The notes: generated by a model not told the origin, from the sequence alone. Positions 19,266-30,161 are shown, numbered from the stretch's first letter. The stretch: DNA of 64,000 bases from an uncultured Sphingomonadaceae bacterium (GCA_938050045.1 CALLJS010000004.1:7434-71433); one strand, 5' to 3'. Numbers and translations are program-made.

Positions 19266-20660
19266 ATGGACAATCAAGCACCCAAGCAGATCGCAGCATC
19301 ACCCAAAGTTGGCATGGTATCATTAGGATGCCCAAAGGCCTTAGTGGATAGCGAGCGTATTTTAACATCATTGCGCAGCGATGGTTATGAAATGTCCGCC
19401 GATTATGCTGGGGCTGATGTTGTGCTGGTGAATACGTGCGGCTTTTTGGATAGCGCAAAAGAGGAGAGCCTCGATGCTATTGGCGAGGCTATGGCCGAAA
19501 ATGGCAAAGTTATCGTGACGGGCTGTATGGGCAATGAGGCTGATGCCATTCGCGCTCGGTTCCCCGATGTTTTGGCGGTAACGGGGGCGCATCAATATGA
19601 AGATGTCGTAAACGCGGTACACGCCGCCGCCCCGCCAGCGCGCGGGGACTATATCGACCTGATCCCGCAAGCAAATATCGGCTCTGGCATAAAATTGACG
19701 CCGCGCCATTATAGCTATTTGAAAATATCCGAAGGCTGTAATCACCGCTGTTCTTTTTGCATTATCCCGTCTTTGCGCGGTGATTTGGTATCGCGCCGCC
19801 CCGATGCTATTTTGCGCGAAGCCGAAAAATTGGTTGCCGCTGGTACCAAAGAATTATTGATAATCAGCCAAGATACATCGGCTTATGGCGTGGACATAAA
19901 GCATCAGCCGCGCGCTTGGAATGGCCCGATTGGCGGCGGGCGTGAGGTGCGCGCGCATATGACCGATTTAGCGGCCGCATTGGGTGAATTGGGCGTGTGG
20001 ACGCGGCTTCACTATGTTTATCCCTATCCGCATGTGGATAAGGTTATCCCGCTGATGGCAGAGGGCAAAATCACGCCTTATTTGGATATTCCGTTTCAGC
20101 ATGCCGCCCCATCGGTTTTGCAACGCATGAAACGCCCCGCCAACGAAGCTAAAGTATTGCAGCGCGTGAAAAATTGGCGCGAGATTTGCCCTGATTTGAC
20201 CATAAGATCAACCTTTGTGGTTGGGTTTCCTGGCGAGAGCGAAGAGGATTTCCAATATTTGCTCGACTGGCTCGAAGACGCGCAATTGGACCGTGTTGGC
20301 GCGTTTCGGTTTGAACCCGTTGAGGGGGCTGCTGCCAATGATCTGGATGGCGGGGTTCCCGAAGAGGTTAAAGAAGATCGTTATCAAAGATTGATGGAAA
20401 AAACCGCCGCAATTAGCGCAGCGCGATTGCAGTCTAAAGTTGGCCGAACCTTACCCGTTATCATTGATGAAATGGGCGAGGCTGATGAAGATGGTGATAT
20501 TGGCGCAACGGCGCGATCGCAGGCCGATGCTCCCGAAATTGACGGCGCTGTATTTTTACGCAATGTTGATGCGGCCGTTCAAGTGGGCGATATTATCGAT
20601 GTCACTATTGAAGAGGCTGACGAACATGATCTCTATGGTGCGCCAATTTTATCGGTTTGA
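19266..20660 (+). CDS. rimO: Ribosomal protein S12 methylthiotransferase (radical SAM)
   Basis: N-terminal MTTase domain ([12 protein letters not shown]), radical-SAM CxxxCxxC (CNHRCSFC) and a TRAM domain. The start could be 19260 or 19266, and RBS spacing favours 19266. Confidence 0.9.
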   Translation: MDNQAPKQIAASPKVGMVSLGCPKALVDSERILTSLRSDGYEMSADYAGADVVLVNTCGFLDSAKEESLDAIGEAMAENGKVIVTGCMGNEADAIRARFPDVLAVTGAHQYEDVVNAVHAAAPPARGDYIDLIPQANIGSGIKLTPRHYSYLKISEGCNHRCSFCIIPSLRGDLVSRRPDAILREAEKLVAAGTKELLIISQDTSAYGVDIKHQPRAWNGPIGGGREVRAHMTDLAAALGELGVWTRLHYVYPYPHVDKVIPLMAEGKITPYLDIPFQHAAPSVLQRMKRPANEAKVLQRVKNWREICPDLTIRSTFVVGFPGESEEDFQYLLDWLEDAQLDRVGAFRFEPVEGAAANDLDGGVPEEVKEDRYQRLMEKTAAISAARLQSKVGRTLPVIIDEMGEADEDGDIGATARSQADAPEIDGAVFLRNVDAAVQVGDIIDVTIEEADEHDLYGAPILSV

Positions 20661-20679
20661 TAATCTCTAATCGGATTAA

Positions 20680-21558
20680 TTAACCACCGCTGGCTGCGGT
20701 GATTGCATCATGCATGGCGATCAATCTTTTAGCCTCGGCTAGGTGCAGCAATTCAACCATTTTGCCCCCTAATTTAATCACACCATTATTGCGGTTTTCG
20801 GGCAGTTCAAAAGCCGCAATAATGGCGCGCGCTTTTTCAATATCATCGATGGTTGGTGAAAAAATGGCGTTGGTAATATCTATCTGATTGGGGTGGATTA
20901 ATGTTTTGCCATCATACCCCATTATCTGGCCTTGGCGGCATTCATCTTCTAAACCAGCGGCGTTTTGAATGTCATTATAAACGCCATCGATAGCGATTAA
21001 ACCATAAGCCCGCGCCGCGATAAGGGTGACGCTAAGCGCGTGATGAAATGCAGCGCGCTCGGGGGTGGGGGTTGCTCTAAATTCCTTGGCTAGATCATTG
21101 GTGCCGATAATGAAGCCAGCCAATTTGGTGGATTGTGATGCAGCGGCAATCTGTTGGATATTAAGGATGGCGAGCGGCATTTCAATCATCACCCATAATG
21201 CAATGCCATCTTCTAACTGTGCATCAATATTGACTATATCTTGCGCCGTTTGCACCTTTGGAACGAGCGCACCATCGGGCCTTAGTTGATTTATCATGGT
21301 CACATCATCTTTGGCCCATAGCGAAGACAATTCGTTCATACGAATGATGACCTCGCGCTTGCCATAAGGGTTGGTTCGAACCATATCAGCCACCAAATCG
21401 CGCGCTGTACTTTTTAGATCGGGAGCTATGGCATCTTCTAAATCGAGAATGATATTATCAACAGGCAAGGATTTACTTTTTGCCATTGCTTTGGCATTAA
21501 TCCCAGGCGTGTAGAGGCAAGAGCGTCGCGGGCGGTGGTTAAAATTATTATTTTCCAT
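20680..21558 (-). CDS. HpcH/HpaI aldolase / citrate lyase beta (CitE)-like acyl-CoA lyase
   Basis: CitE-family pattern RRSCLYTPG...LDLEDA...IRMN...DGKTLIHPNQI. Confidence 0.8.
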   Translation of the reverse strand: MENNNFNHRPRRSCLYTPGINAKAMAKSKSLPVDNIILDLEDAIAPDLKSTARDLVADMVRTNPYGKREVIIRMNELSSLWAKDDVTMINQLRPDGALVPKVQTAQDIVNIDAQLEDGIALWVMIEMPLAILNIQQIAAASQSTKLAGFIIGTNDLAKEFRATPTPERAAFHHALSVTLIAARAYGLIAIDGVYNDIQNAAGLEDECRQGQIMGYDGKTLIHPNQIDITNAIFSPTIDDIEKARAIIAAFELPENRNNGVIKLGGKMVELLHLAEAKRLIAMHDAITAASGG

Positions 21559-21712
21559 TATAAATGACTCAATAGATATTTTAAGATAATCTCAATATCA
21601 ATCCTAAGCTGGGTTGGCTATGTTTCTCATCAGCAATACACTATATTTTCATCGAAAATATTACTATCTTTGTTAAGAATATGCATATGCTATAGTCTAT
21701 AAGGAGTGGGTA

Positions 21713-22666
21713 ATGAAGATATTTGTGAGCGGGGGTTCAGGCTTTGTCGGCGGTGCGGCTATAGAGGCTTTAAGCGCAAAGCATGACATCATAGCCATGT
21801 CGCGCAGTGAAAATAGCGATGCCAAGATTATAGCCAAAGGCGGTATCCCCATTCGCTGCGATCTCGGCAATGTCACCCAAGAGCATATAAAAGGGTGCGA
21901 TGCCGTCATACATGCCGCAGCCTATGTAAAAGAATGGGGCCGATGGGAAACATATGAAGAAATTAACGTTCAAGGCACGCATTTTATTTTAGCTGCTGCA
22001 AAGGATGCTGGGGTAAAACGTTTCATTCATATTGGCACTGAATCGGCTTTGTTTCTGGGGCAAGATTTAATCGATGTAGACGAACAATATCCGATCGCCC
22101 CGTATAGCGAATATCCCTACAGCAGCACCAAAGCCAAAGCAGAGCAATCTGTTATGGCCGCGAATGAAGATGGTTTTCTCGCATTGTCATTGCGGCCAAG
22201 GATGGTCTGGGGCAAAGGCGATGAAACCATCCTGAAAACCGTCACCAATATGGCAAAATCGGGTAAATTCGTATGGATTGACGAAGGGAAATATATTACA
22301 TCCACGACCCATATTGACAATTTGGTTCATGCGATAACCCTCTCGCTAACCAAGGGAGAGGCTGGAGAGGCTTATTTTATAGTCGATGATGATACGATCA
22401 GCATCAGAGAGTTTTTAACGCAATATTTGGCATCGCACAATATAGATTTAGGGGAGAAATCTTTGCCTTCTTGGATGGTGCGAGGCATTGCCAATAGCGT
22501 AGAGCCGATATGGCGATTTTCGGCGATAAAATCACCACCGCCCATCACAAAATTTACGGCTTATATCATGAGCACGCATTGCATATTGGTGGGCGATAAA
22601 GCCCGCAAGGCACTAGGATATAAGCCCATTATATCGCGCGCCAACGGTTTTGCAAAATTGGGTTAA
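21713..22666 (+). CDS. NAD-dependent epimerase/dehydratase (3-beta-HSD-like SDR)
   Basis: MKIFVSGGSGFVGG Rossmann motif and the YxxxK element (YSSTKAKAE). Confidence 0.8.
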   Translation: MKIFVSGGSGFVGGAAIEALSAKHDIIAMSRSENSDAKIIAKGGIPIRCDLGNVTQEHIKGCDAVIHAAAYVKEWGRWETYEEINVQGTHFILAAAKDAGVKRFIHIGTESALFLGQDLIDVDEQYPIAPYSEYPYSSTKAKAEQSVMAANEDGFLALSLRPRMVWGKGDETILKTVTNMAKSGKFVWIDEGKYITSTTHIDNLVHAITLSLTKGEAGEAYFIVDDDTISIREFLTQYLASHNIDLGEKSLPSWMVRGIANSVEPIWRFSAIKSPPPITKFTAYIMSTHCILVGDKARKALGYKPIISRANGFAKLG

Positions 22667-22737
22667 TAAAGCCTAGCGATTATTGATATTCTTCTATAAT
22701 ATACGCTCTATGATTAAATTTTTGAAAAACTTAAATT

Positions 22738-23256
22738 ATGGCTGCTGATACGCCCCAAACCCTAAAATCGGAGATGATAGTGGCTTTGCGGCGTTTCGCG
22801 CGGACGGTAATGGTTATATCTTGTGCGCATCAAGGACAGAGATTTGCTATGTCTGCGACAGCGGTGAGCGAGGTAAGCGTCGAGCCTCCTTCTATGCTTA
22901 TATGCGTTAATCGCGGGACAAAGATTTTTCCAGCCCTATCAGCAGGCAGCAAGTTTTGCATTAATATGCTGCATTCAGGACAATCGGAAATTGCCCGAAA
23001 TTGCGGTGGAATGTTGAACGGTGAAGATCGGTTTTCGGCTGGAGATTGGGACTTAAATTCGCATCAAATTCCCTATTTGCGCGATGCACAGGCCAATTTT
23101 TTCTGCGAAAATAAAGGCGGCAATAGCATTGGGACGCATGATATATTCATCGGTGAGATTAATGCATTGAATATGATGGATCGGGTTGATCCGCTCCTCT
23201 ATGTTGATGGGCTGTATCAACCAATATGGTATCATAGCGATAGGGGATTATCATGA
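22738..23256 (+). CDS. Flavin reductase-like FMN-binding domain protein
   Basis: Size and the pattern AMSATAVSEVSVEPPSMLICVNR are typical of the flavin reductase domain. Confidence 0.7.
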   Translation: MAADTPQTLKSEMIVALRRFARTVMVISCAHQGQRFAMSATAVSEVSVEPPSMLICVNRGTKIFPALSAGSKFCINMLHSGQSEIARNCGGMLNGEDRFSAGDWDLNSHQIPYLRDAQANFFCENKGGNSIGTHDIFIGEINALNMMDRVDPLLYVDGLYQPIWYHSDRGLS

Positions 23257-24479
23257 GCAAATATGACGTTCTTATTGTTGGTGGCGGGCATGGTGGGGCG
23301 CAAGCCGCTATTGCTCTGCGTCAGGCAAAGTTTGACGGCAGTATTGCCATATTCTCCAATGAAGAATTTTTGCCCTATGAACGTCCACCGCTTTCAAAAG
23401 AATATTTTGCTGGCGAAAAAAGCTTTGAACGAATTTTGATAAGACCAGAAAATTTCTGGCAAGAGCGTGATATTGAAATCTATCTAAATAACCGCGTTAC
23501 AAAGGTTGATTCGCAGTTACGCACAATCGAAACTGCAAATGGAGAGCATTTTGGCTTTGGTCAATTAATTTGGGCAACGGGCGGGGCTGCGCGCTGGCTT
23601 TCATGCCCAGGGGCACAATTGCCGGGCATCCATGTGGTGCGCAGTCGCGATGATGTTGATGCCATTATGGCGCAGCTCGACACTGCGCGCGATATAACCA
23701 TTATTGGCGGCGGTTATATCGGATTGGAATCGGCTGCTGTTTTGCGCAAATTAGATAAAAATGTGACGCTTATTGAAGCGCAAGATCGATTGCTATCGCG
23801 CGTTGCAGGGGAAGAAATATCTGAATTTTATTTGCAGCACCATCGGGCGCATGGCGTGGATGTGCGCTTGGCTGCGCAGGTCGAATCGATCGAAGGTGAA
23901 GACGCTGTAACGGGCGTTAAATTATCGAACGGCGATGTTATTAAAGCTGATTTAGTCCTCATCGGGATTGGCATCGTGCCTTGCATCAATGCCTTGCGCG
24001 ACGCGGGGGCTATTTGTGCGAATGGCGTCGATGTGGATGAGCTATGCCGGACATCATTGCCCGATATATTTGCTATTGGTGATTGCGCATCGCATGCCAA
24101 TAAATATGCAGCAGGCGCTGTCATGCGCGTTGAATCGGTGCAAAATGCGAATGACATGGCCAGCGCCGTTGCCAAAACGATAGCGGGCAACGACACGCCT
24201 TATAATGCCGTGCCATGGTTTTGGTCTAATCAATATGATCTGCGTTTGCAAACGGTTGGGATTTCTTCTGATTATGATGCGACTGTTTTGCGGGGTAATC
24301 CAGCCGATAATAGTTTTTCATTAATCTATTTACGCCACGGTAAAATTATCGCTCTCGATTGTGTCAATGCAACCAAAGATTATGTTCAAGGCCGCAAATT
24401 GGTGCTTAACGGAGACAAGATTGTTCCTGCTTTGCTAGCGGATAGCACTATTCAGCTCAAAGAAATGCAGCTTGGGTAA
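23253..24479 (+). CDS. FAD-dependent pyridine nucleotide-disulfide oxidoreductase (ferredoxin/rubredoxin reductase-like)
   Basis: GGGHGG and IIGGGYIGLE dinucleotide motifs and IFAIGDCA. ATGA overlap with the flavin reductase gene. Confidence 0.85.
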   Translation: MSKYDVLIVGGGHGGAQAAIALRQAKFDGSIAIFSNEEFLPYERPPLSKEYFAGEKSFERILIRPENFWQERDIEIYLNNRVTKVDSQLRTIETANGEHFGFGQLIWATGGAARWLSCPGAQLPGIHVVRSRDDVDAIMAQLDTARDITIIGGGYIGLESAAVLRKLDKNVTLIEAQDRLLSRVAGEEISEFYLQHHRAHGVDVRLAAQVESIEGEDAVTGVKLSNGDVIKADLVLIGIGIVPCINALRDAGAICANGVDVDELCRTSLPDIFAIGDCASHANKYAAGAVMRVESVQNANDMASAVAKTIAGNDTPYNAVPWFWSNQYDLRLQTVGISSDYDATVLRGNPADNSFSLIYLRHGKIIALDCVNATKDYVQGRKLVLNGDKIVPALLADSTIQLKEMQLG

Positions 24480-24498
24480 TTTCATTAAGGCTAGTATT

Positions 24499-27357
24499 AT
24501 GGAACATGCTGCTATCACGGTTGTGCTAGGCCCTACCAATACGGGCAAAACTCATTTGGCAGTGGAAAGAATGTGCGCCCATAGCAGCGGCATGATGGGG
24601 TTTCCGCTGCGTTTGCTAGCGCGTGAAATTTATGACCGTATTGTGGCGATTAAAGGCGTATCGCAAGTCGCTTTGATAACGGGCGAAGAGCGTATAGAGC
24701 CTGCGCATGCCCAATATTATTGTTGCACAATAGAATCCATGCCCATTGGACAAATGGGCGCAAATATCGTTCGCGATTTTGCATTTGTCGCTATTGATGA
24801 AGCGCAAAATGCCATCGATCCCGAACGCGGTCATATCTTTACCGATAGATTGCTTAATGCACGTGGCCGCGAAGAAACCATGATCTTGGGTAGCGAGAGC
24901 CTGCGCCCGATCGTTAAAAAATTATTGCCCGAGGCCCAGATTATTAACCGCCCGCGATTTTCAACGCTCAGCTATGGCGGCGTTAAAAAAATATCGCGCC
25001 TGCCAAAACGTTCGGCGATAGTCGCATTTTCGGTCGAACAAGTGTATGAGATAGCCGAAATGTTGCGCCGTTTTCGCGGCGGATCTGCGGTGGTCATGGG
25101 AAATTTAAGCCCGCGCACGCGCAATGCTCAGGTAGAGATGTATCAATCGGGAGAGGTTGATTATTTGGTGGCGACCGATGCCATTGGCATGGGGTTGAAT
25201 TTGGATGTAAAGCATGTTGCCTTTGCCAAGCTTCGTAAATTTGATGGCAAACGCCGCCGCCGATTGAATATATCGGAAATGGCGCAAATCGCAGGCCGTG
25301 CAGGCCGTCACCATAGCGATGGTAGCTTTGGCACAATAGCGGGAGATGAATTTTCGCCCGAGGAAATTACCGCTATCGAAGCGCATGATTTTCCTGCATT
25401 GCCCTATTTATATTGGCGCAACCGCGATGTGCGCATGGACAATCTTGATATATTATTGACCGATTTATCATGCAAATCCCCCGATAAATTATTGCGCCCA
25501 GCCCCCGAATCGCCCGATCTTGCCGTGTTGAAACGGCTATGCGAGATGAACGAAATCCGCGACAATATCACTCGGCCCTATTTGGTGTCGCGGCTCTGGT
25601 CGGTCGCTTGTTTGCCCGATTTTCAAAATATGGGCGCAGAGCATCATGCGCGTTATATAGCATCGTTATGGCAATATTTGGGCCATGGCAATGGCACTAT
25701 CCGTCACAGCCATGCAGCATCACAGATTGCGCGGTTGGACAATATCCAAGGCGATATTGATACATTATCGGCGCGTATTTCTGCGGTTCGAAGCTGGTCT
25801 TATATCGCTCAACGCTCAGATTGGCTCGAAAACTCGATTGACATTAGCGAGCGGGCTAAAGCCTTAGAAGAAAAATTGTCCGATGCTATGCATGTTAATT
25901 TGCGCATGCGATTTGTCGATAGAAGGGCATCAATATTAATGAAAGCTGCGGGAAGGGATGCGGTGCTATTGCCCGTCGAAATCGATGAAAATAATGTTGT
26001 TTTGGTTGACGGCGAGACATTAGGACGCTTGAAAGGATTTCAATTTGAGGTTAGCAGCGCTGCACGCCATCAAGATAAAAAGATATTATTAGCAGCGGCC
26101 GAGCGTCATTTGAGCATGATATTGAGCAATAAAGCAAAGGAAGTAGCCATGTCTGGCGACGATAAATTTACATTAGGTCAAAATAGCGAAGGCAAAGCCG
26201 CTCTCTTATGGAATGATAATCTGCTGGGGCTCATTGTAGCTGGCCGCGATTTGCTCAACCCAATGTTTAAGCCCAGTGCGGCCGTTGCTGGATTAGAGGG
26301 GGATGCTCTGCGCGATGTCACCGATAGAGCTTTGCAATGGATGAATGACCAAATTGCGAGACATTTGGGCGGGGTCAAAGCTTTGATCGAATTATCGCAA
26401 AATCCGCATGTCGATGGCTCTGTGCGTGCGCTGGCCGTGCAATTAGCTGATGATGGCGGTGTAGCCAGCCGCGTGCGTTTATCCTCGGCGCTGAAAAATC
26501 TTGCTAAGGAATCGCGCGGCGCGGCGCGTAATGGAGGCATTATTTTCGGAGCGTTGGATATTTTCCATCATGCGGCGCTGAAACCAGGAGCGGCGAAATG
26601 GCGTGCAGCCCTAATGGCGGTGCGCCAGGATAAAGCTATATTACCATTGCCGCCCGAGAGCGCGGTGCATTTGAAGGATTGGAAATTCTTAAATATTATG
26701 CATTGTTATGCAGCGGGCTACCGCCGAATTGGCAAAGAATATTTGCGTATTGATTTGGTCGAGAGAATCATCAAAAAAGCGCATGAAGCGCGCGGCAAGG
26801 AATTGAGCTTTGCCTTTGATATGGCCTTTGTTACCTCTTTGGGCGTTGGCGATGATGCATTTAAGGCTTTGATGATGGATGCAGGCTTTAAAAAGGTGCA
26901 AGACCCCTCGCTCATTAAAGAGCAAGAAAAAGATAAAATCCCTGCCGCTCCTCCATCGGTGGATAAGGCTGAGGATAAAATAGTGGATAAACCTGCCGAT
27001 ATATCCGATGCTGATGCGCATATTGCACAAAATAACCCGCAGCAAGCCACAGAAGCGTCGGCCACGGCTCCTATAACGGCTTCAGCGGAGCCTCCAACAC
27101 AAGATATGAGGCTAGAGTCAGCGTCTAATGCAACAGAATCGAGCATAGCAAAACCAACTACAGACTCAAAACCAACCCCAGACTCAAAACCAACCCCAGA
27201 TAATGCGCCTAAAGATTCGGCTAAAGAAGGACATCAGCACGCTATGGTCTATAGTTATTGGAAATGGAAAGGCATAAGACGGCCTAAGAAAAAGGAAGAA
27301 AATATTCCTCAAACTGCCCTTGGGGCGCAACTGGCGGCCCTAACGCGGCAACAATAG
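24499..27357 (+). CDS. Suv3-like superfamily-2 helicase with low-complexity C-terminal tail
   Basis: Walker A GPTNTGKTH, DEAQ box (AIDEAQ), helicase-C motifs (ATDAIGMGLN, QIAGRAGR). The start at 24499 has an AAGG RBS. The listed 24472 is a TTG overlapping the previous stop. Confidence 0.85.
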   Translation: MEHAAITVVLGPTNTGKTHLAVERMCAHSSGMMGFPLRLLAREIYDRIVAIKGVSQVALITGEERIEPAHAQYYCCTIESMPIGQMGANIVRDFAFVAIDEAQNAIDPERGHIFTDRLLNARGREETMILGSESLRPIVKKLLPEAQIINRPRFSTLSYGGVKKISRLPKRSAIVAFSVEQVYEIAEMLRRFRGGSAVVMGNLSPRTRNAQVEMYQSGEVDYLVATDAIGMGLNLDVKHVAFAKLRKFDGKRRRRLNISEMAQIAGRAGRHHSDGSFGTIAGDEFSPEEITAIEAHDFPALPYLYWRNRDVRMDNLDILLTDLSCKSPDKLLRPAPESPDLAVLKRLCEMNEIRDNITRPYLVSRLWSVACLPDFQNMGAEHHARYIASLWQYLGHGNGTIRHSHAASQIARLDNIQGDIDTLSARISAVRSWSYIAQRSDWLENSIDISERAKALEEKLSDAMHVNLRMRFVDRRASILMKAAGRDAVLLPVEIDENNVVLVDGETLGRLKGFQFEVSSAARHQDKKILLAAAERHLSMILSNKAKEVAMSGDDKFTLGQNSEGKAALLWNDNLLGLIVAGRDLLNPMFKPSAAVAGLEGDALRDVTDRALQWMNDQIARHLGGVKALIELSQNPHVDGSVRALAVQLADDGGVASRVRLSSALKNLAKESRGAARNGGIIFGALDIFHHAALKPGAAKWRAALMAVRQDKAILPLPPESAVHLKDWKFLNIMHCYAAGYRRIGKEYLRIDLVERIIKKAHEARGKELSFAFDMAFVTSLGVGDDAFKALMMDAGFKKVQDPSLIKEQEKDKIPAAPPSVDKAEDKIVDKPADISDADAHIAQNNPQQATEASATAPITASAEPPTQDMRLESASNATESSIAKPTTDSKPTPDSKPTPDNAPKDSAKEGHQHAMVYSYWKWKGIRRPKKKEENIPQTALGAQLAALTRQQ

Positions 27358-27366
27358 CAAATCATT

Positions 27367-27642
27367 ATGGCGGGCTTGCAAGAAACCGAATATATCAGAA
27401 TTGATAAATTATTTTATTATTTGCGATTGGCTAAGAGCCGCTCAACCTCCCAAGAAATTTGTGAAACGGGTCATGTCCGAAGGGATGGCAAGCGCATAGT
27501 TTCAGGCCATGAAAAGGCGCAAATAGGATCGGTCATCACTATGCCGCGCGGCGATGCTATATTGATATTCAAATTGGATGATATTCCCAAAAGGCGGGGC
27601 AGTGCAAAGGAAGCACAATCCCATTATCAGATCATAAATTAA
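27367..27642 (+). CDS. RNA-binding S4-domain protein (Hsp15-like)
   Basis: IRIDKLFYYLRLAKSRS is an S4 motif. Sits in a helicase-S4-fdxA arrangement. Confidence 0.75.
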   Translation: MAGLQETEYIRIDKLFYYLRLAKSRSTSQEICETGHVRRDGKRIVSGHEKAQIGSVITMPRGDAILIFKLDDIPKRRGSAKEAQSHYQIIN

Positions 27643-27842
27643 GAAGCATTTCGCAGGCTTTTAAGCAGCTTTGCCGCCATGGCGCAGCTTGTCGCTATTG
27701 CGGGTCATTCGCGTTAGTATAAATCATAGCTTTTTGGGCTTTTTTTTGATTAAAAATAGCTCAAAATATGCATCAAAATGGTTGACTTATAACCCCATAA
27801 AACAATAGGAATTTCTTATAAAGAAAATGGAGACCGCCAACA

Positions 27843-28178
27843 ATGACCTATGTTGTGACAGACGCTTGTATCAAATGTAAATATATGGACTGCGTTGAAG
27901 TATGCCCCGTGGATTGTTTTTACGAAGGCGAAAATATGTTGGTTATCAACCCAAGCGAATGTATTGATTGCGGCGTGTGCGAACCCGAATGTCCCGCAGA
28001 AGCAATTTTACCCGATACCGAAGATGGTTTGGAAAAATGGCTAGAAGTCAACGCTCAATATAGCGAAACATGGCCCAATATTACGGTTGCCAAAGACCCG
28101 CCTGCTGATGCCGATGATTTCAAAGGCAAAGAGGGTAAGGAAGAATTATTCTCTGAAGCACCAGGCGAGGGCGACTAA
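27843..28178 (+). CDS. fdxA: 7Fe ferredoxin (3Fe-4S, 4Fe-4S)
   Basis: [26 protein letters not shown] and [12 protein letters not shown] cluster motifs. Confidence 0.95.
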   Translation: MTYVVTDACIKCKYMDCVEVCPVDCFYEGENMLVINPSECIDCGVCEPECPAEAILPDTEDGLEKWLEVNAQYSETWPNITVAKDPPADADDFKGKEGKEELFSEAPGEGD

Positions 28179-28218
28179 CAAGGCCAATTACCACCCTATT
28201 GCAGAACCGATAAAGACG

Positions 28219-28278
28219 CCCAATAACGGGTGTCCCAATAACGGGTGTCCCAATAACGGGAGTCCCAATAACGGGAGT
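28219..28278. repeat. Four tandem copies of a 15-bp unit (CCCAATAACGGGTGT x2, CCCAATAACGGGAGT x2)
   Basis: Read directly, between the convergent stops of fdxA (28178) and the HD-domain gene (28305). Confidence 0.95.
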
Positions 28279-28304
28279 CTTTGTCATTATATCGATGATG
28301 AATA

Positions 28305-28922
28305 TCAAGCCGCAGCCGGGGCATCATCAATAGCAGCAGCATAGAGGCTTTGCAGTGGACGGGCCATCACGCGGCGCACCATAGGCTCAAAAAATTCCAA
28401 TGGCTCGCTCTCATAGTCTGCATCAAAGGCCGCTTGGTCATATTTTTCGCAAAATTCAGCGCAAGCATCATAATATTTATGGTCTTTGAATTGGTCGCGG
28501 ACATTGCGATCCATGCCCAGATAATGAAAATAATAATAGCCTTGGAAAACGCCATGGTTTTGGCAAATCCAGTGATTTTCTTCTGATACAAAGGGCTTGA
28601 TGATAGCAGCGGCTACATCAGGGTGATTAAAGCTGCCCAATGTATCACCAATGTCGTGCAACAATGCCATCACGACATATTGCTCGTCTCGGCCGTCCCT
28701 ATGCGCACGGGTCGCGGTTTGCAGGCAATGCGATAGACGATCGATTGGGAAGCCGCCAAAATCTCCATCGAGTAATTTCAAATGCTCTAAAACGCGATCC
28801 GCCACTTTAGATGCATAAGGCAGAAATTCCCCTGCAATGGCTTGCCAATCTTCGGCAGTGCCTTCGGTCATTTCAGAAAATTGTGCTCTATTGTGATCGG
28901 ATGATTCATTGTGATGATCCAT
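28305..28922 (-). CDS. HD-domain metalloprotein (PhnZ/MIOX-like subgroup possible)
   Basis: HCLQTATRAH...ALLHDIGD HD motif and a His-rich C-terminal half (NHWICQNHGVFQGYYYFHY). Confidence 0.65.
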   Translation of the reverse strand: MDHHNESSDHNRAQFSEMTEGTAEDWQAIAGEFLPYASKVADRVLEHLKLLDGDFGGFPIDRLSHCLQTATRAHRDGRDEQYVVMALLHDIGDTLGSFNHPDVAAAIIKPFVSEENHWICQNHGVFQGYYYFHYLGMDRNVRDQFKDHKYYDACAEFCEKYDQAAFDADYESEPLEFFEPMVRRVMARPLQSLYAAAIDDAPAAA

Positions 28923-29018
28923 AATATTCTCCTTAATCGCCTGATTAACCTAGCTGGCATAAAAAATAACTGTTCGCAAGGGGTTCAAGGAAAGGAAAAA
29001 TAACGTTAGAGAGGTTAT

Positions 29019-30161
29019 ATGGCTGTTACTGACCTCAATACAGAACCTTTTTTCTCGAATAAAAATCGAGCATTTTGGAATTTGCAAACGGCGGGTTGGA
29101 TTGGTTTTATAATCTGGCGTGGGGCTACTGCTCTGGCAAATGATACAGATAATCTGTTTCAATTTTTTATTTATTTATTAATATCGGCAGCGACTGGATA
29201 TTCGCTGACATTAATATTATCGATAATATATGGTTTGGTCATCGATCGCAGGCCCATCATCACTTGGGGGACTTCGGCCATAGTGTTTTTATTAGCTTCA
29301 ATTATTTATTCTTACATGAATGTCTTAACCTTTGAAACATTGCGTCCTGAATTTGCATCGACAAGTTTTACGCAGCGGATTTTGGGGTCTTTATATCTGG
29401 ATACGACATTGTTAGCCGGCTGGTCGGCCCTCTATTATGCTATTAATTTCTTCGTTCGTTCAGAAGAACAATCGGGTCAATTGCTGAAATTAGAAGCGCA
29501 TGCTACATCGGCGCAGCTCAAAATGTTGCGCTATCAGCTCAACCCGCATTTTTTGTTTAACACACTCAATAGTATTTCCACCTTAGTCTTATTAAAACAG
29601 ACCGAACAGGCCAATGCCATGCTATCGCGCCTTTCATCCTTTTTGCGGTTTACATTGATTAATGAGGCCGAGGCAAAAGTATTATTGTCGCAAGAGGTAG
29701 ATACTTTAAAACTTTATTTGGATATTGAAAAGATGCGCTTCGAAGAGAGGTTGCGCGTTGATTTTCGTATATCACCGAGCGCAGAAGAAGCACTTGTGCC
29801 CTCATTGCTTTTGCAACCTTTGGTGGAAAATGCCATTAAATATGCTGTTACCCCCAAAGAAGAAGGAGCAGATATTATCGTAAGCGCAAATATTGCCGAC
29901 GATATATTAATATTGAAGGTTTCCGATACTGGCCCTGGTATTGCCCCCAAAATGCAAAATCAACTATTATCAACGGGTGTTGGCATGGCCAATACAAAAG
30001 AACGTCTCTCTCAAGCTTATGGTGAGGATCATAGCTTTACATCTTATGTCAGACCACAAGGTGGGTTTGAGGTTGTGATAGAAATGCCGCTGCAAAGCCG
30101 AGCCGATGAGATAGAATTTGAACGCAAGCAATTAGAGCAATTCAAAATGGTGAAATCATGA
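29019..30161 (+). CDS. LytS/YehU-type sensor histidine kinase
   Basis: Multi-TM N-terminus, His_kinase motif LNPHFLFNTLNSI, HATPase motifs (VENAIKYA, VSDTGPGI). Confidence 0.9.
   Translation: MAVTDLNTEPFFSNKNRAFWNLQTAGWIGFIIWRGATALANDTDNLFQFFIYLLISAATGYSLTLILSIIYGLVIDRRPIITWGTSAIVFLLASIIYSYMNVLTFETLRPEFASTSFTQRILGSLYLDTTLLAGWSALYYAINFFVRSEEQSGQLLKLEAHATSAQLKMLRYQLNPHFLFNTLNSISTLVLLKQTEQANAMLSRLSSFLRFTLINEAEAKVLLSQEVDTLKLYLDIEKMRFEERLRVDFRISPSAEEALVPSLLLQPLVENAIKYAVTPKEEGADIIVSANIADDILILKVSDTGPGIAPKMQNQLLSTGVGMANTKERLSQAYGEDHSFTSYVRPQGGFEVVIEMPLQSRADEIEFERKQLEQFKMVKS

Noticed and set aside
26689-27146. Two minus-strand ORFs (118 and 142 aa) in the helicase 3' region
   Set aside because: They lie inside the continuous helicase frame, have no RBS, and have a composition driven by the repeat-rich tail.
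28087-28344. 85-aa ORF with striking PNNGC/PNNGS repeats
   Set aside because: The repeat is just the translation of the 15-bp intergenic tandem array. The ORF overlaps the 3' ends of both fdxA and the HD-domain gene and has no RBS.
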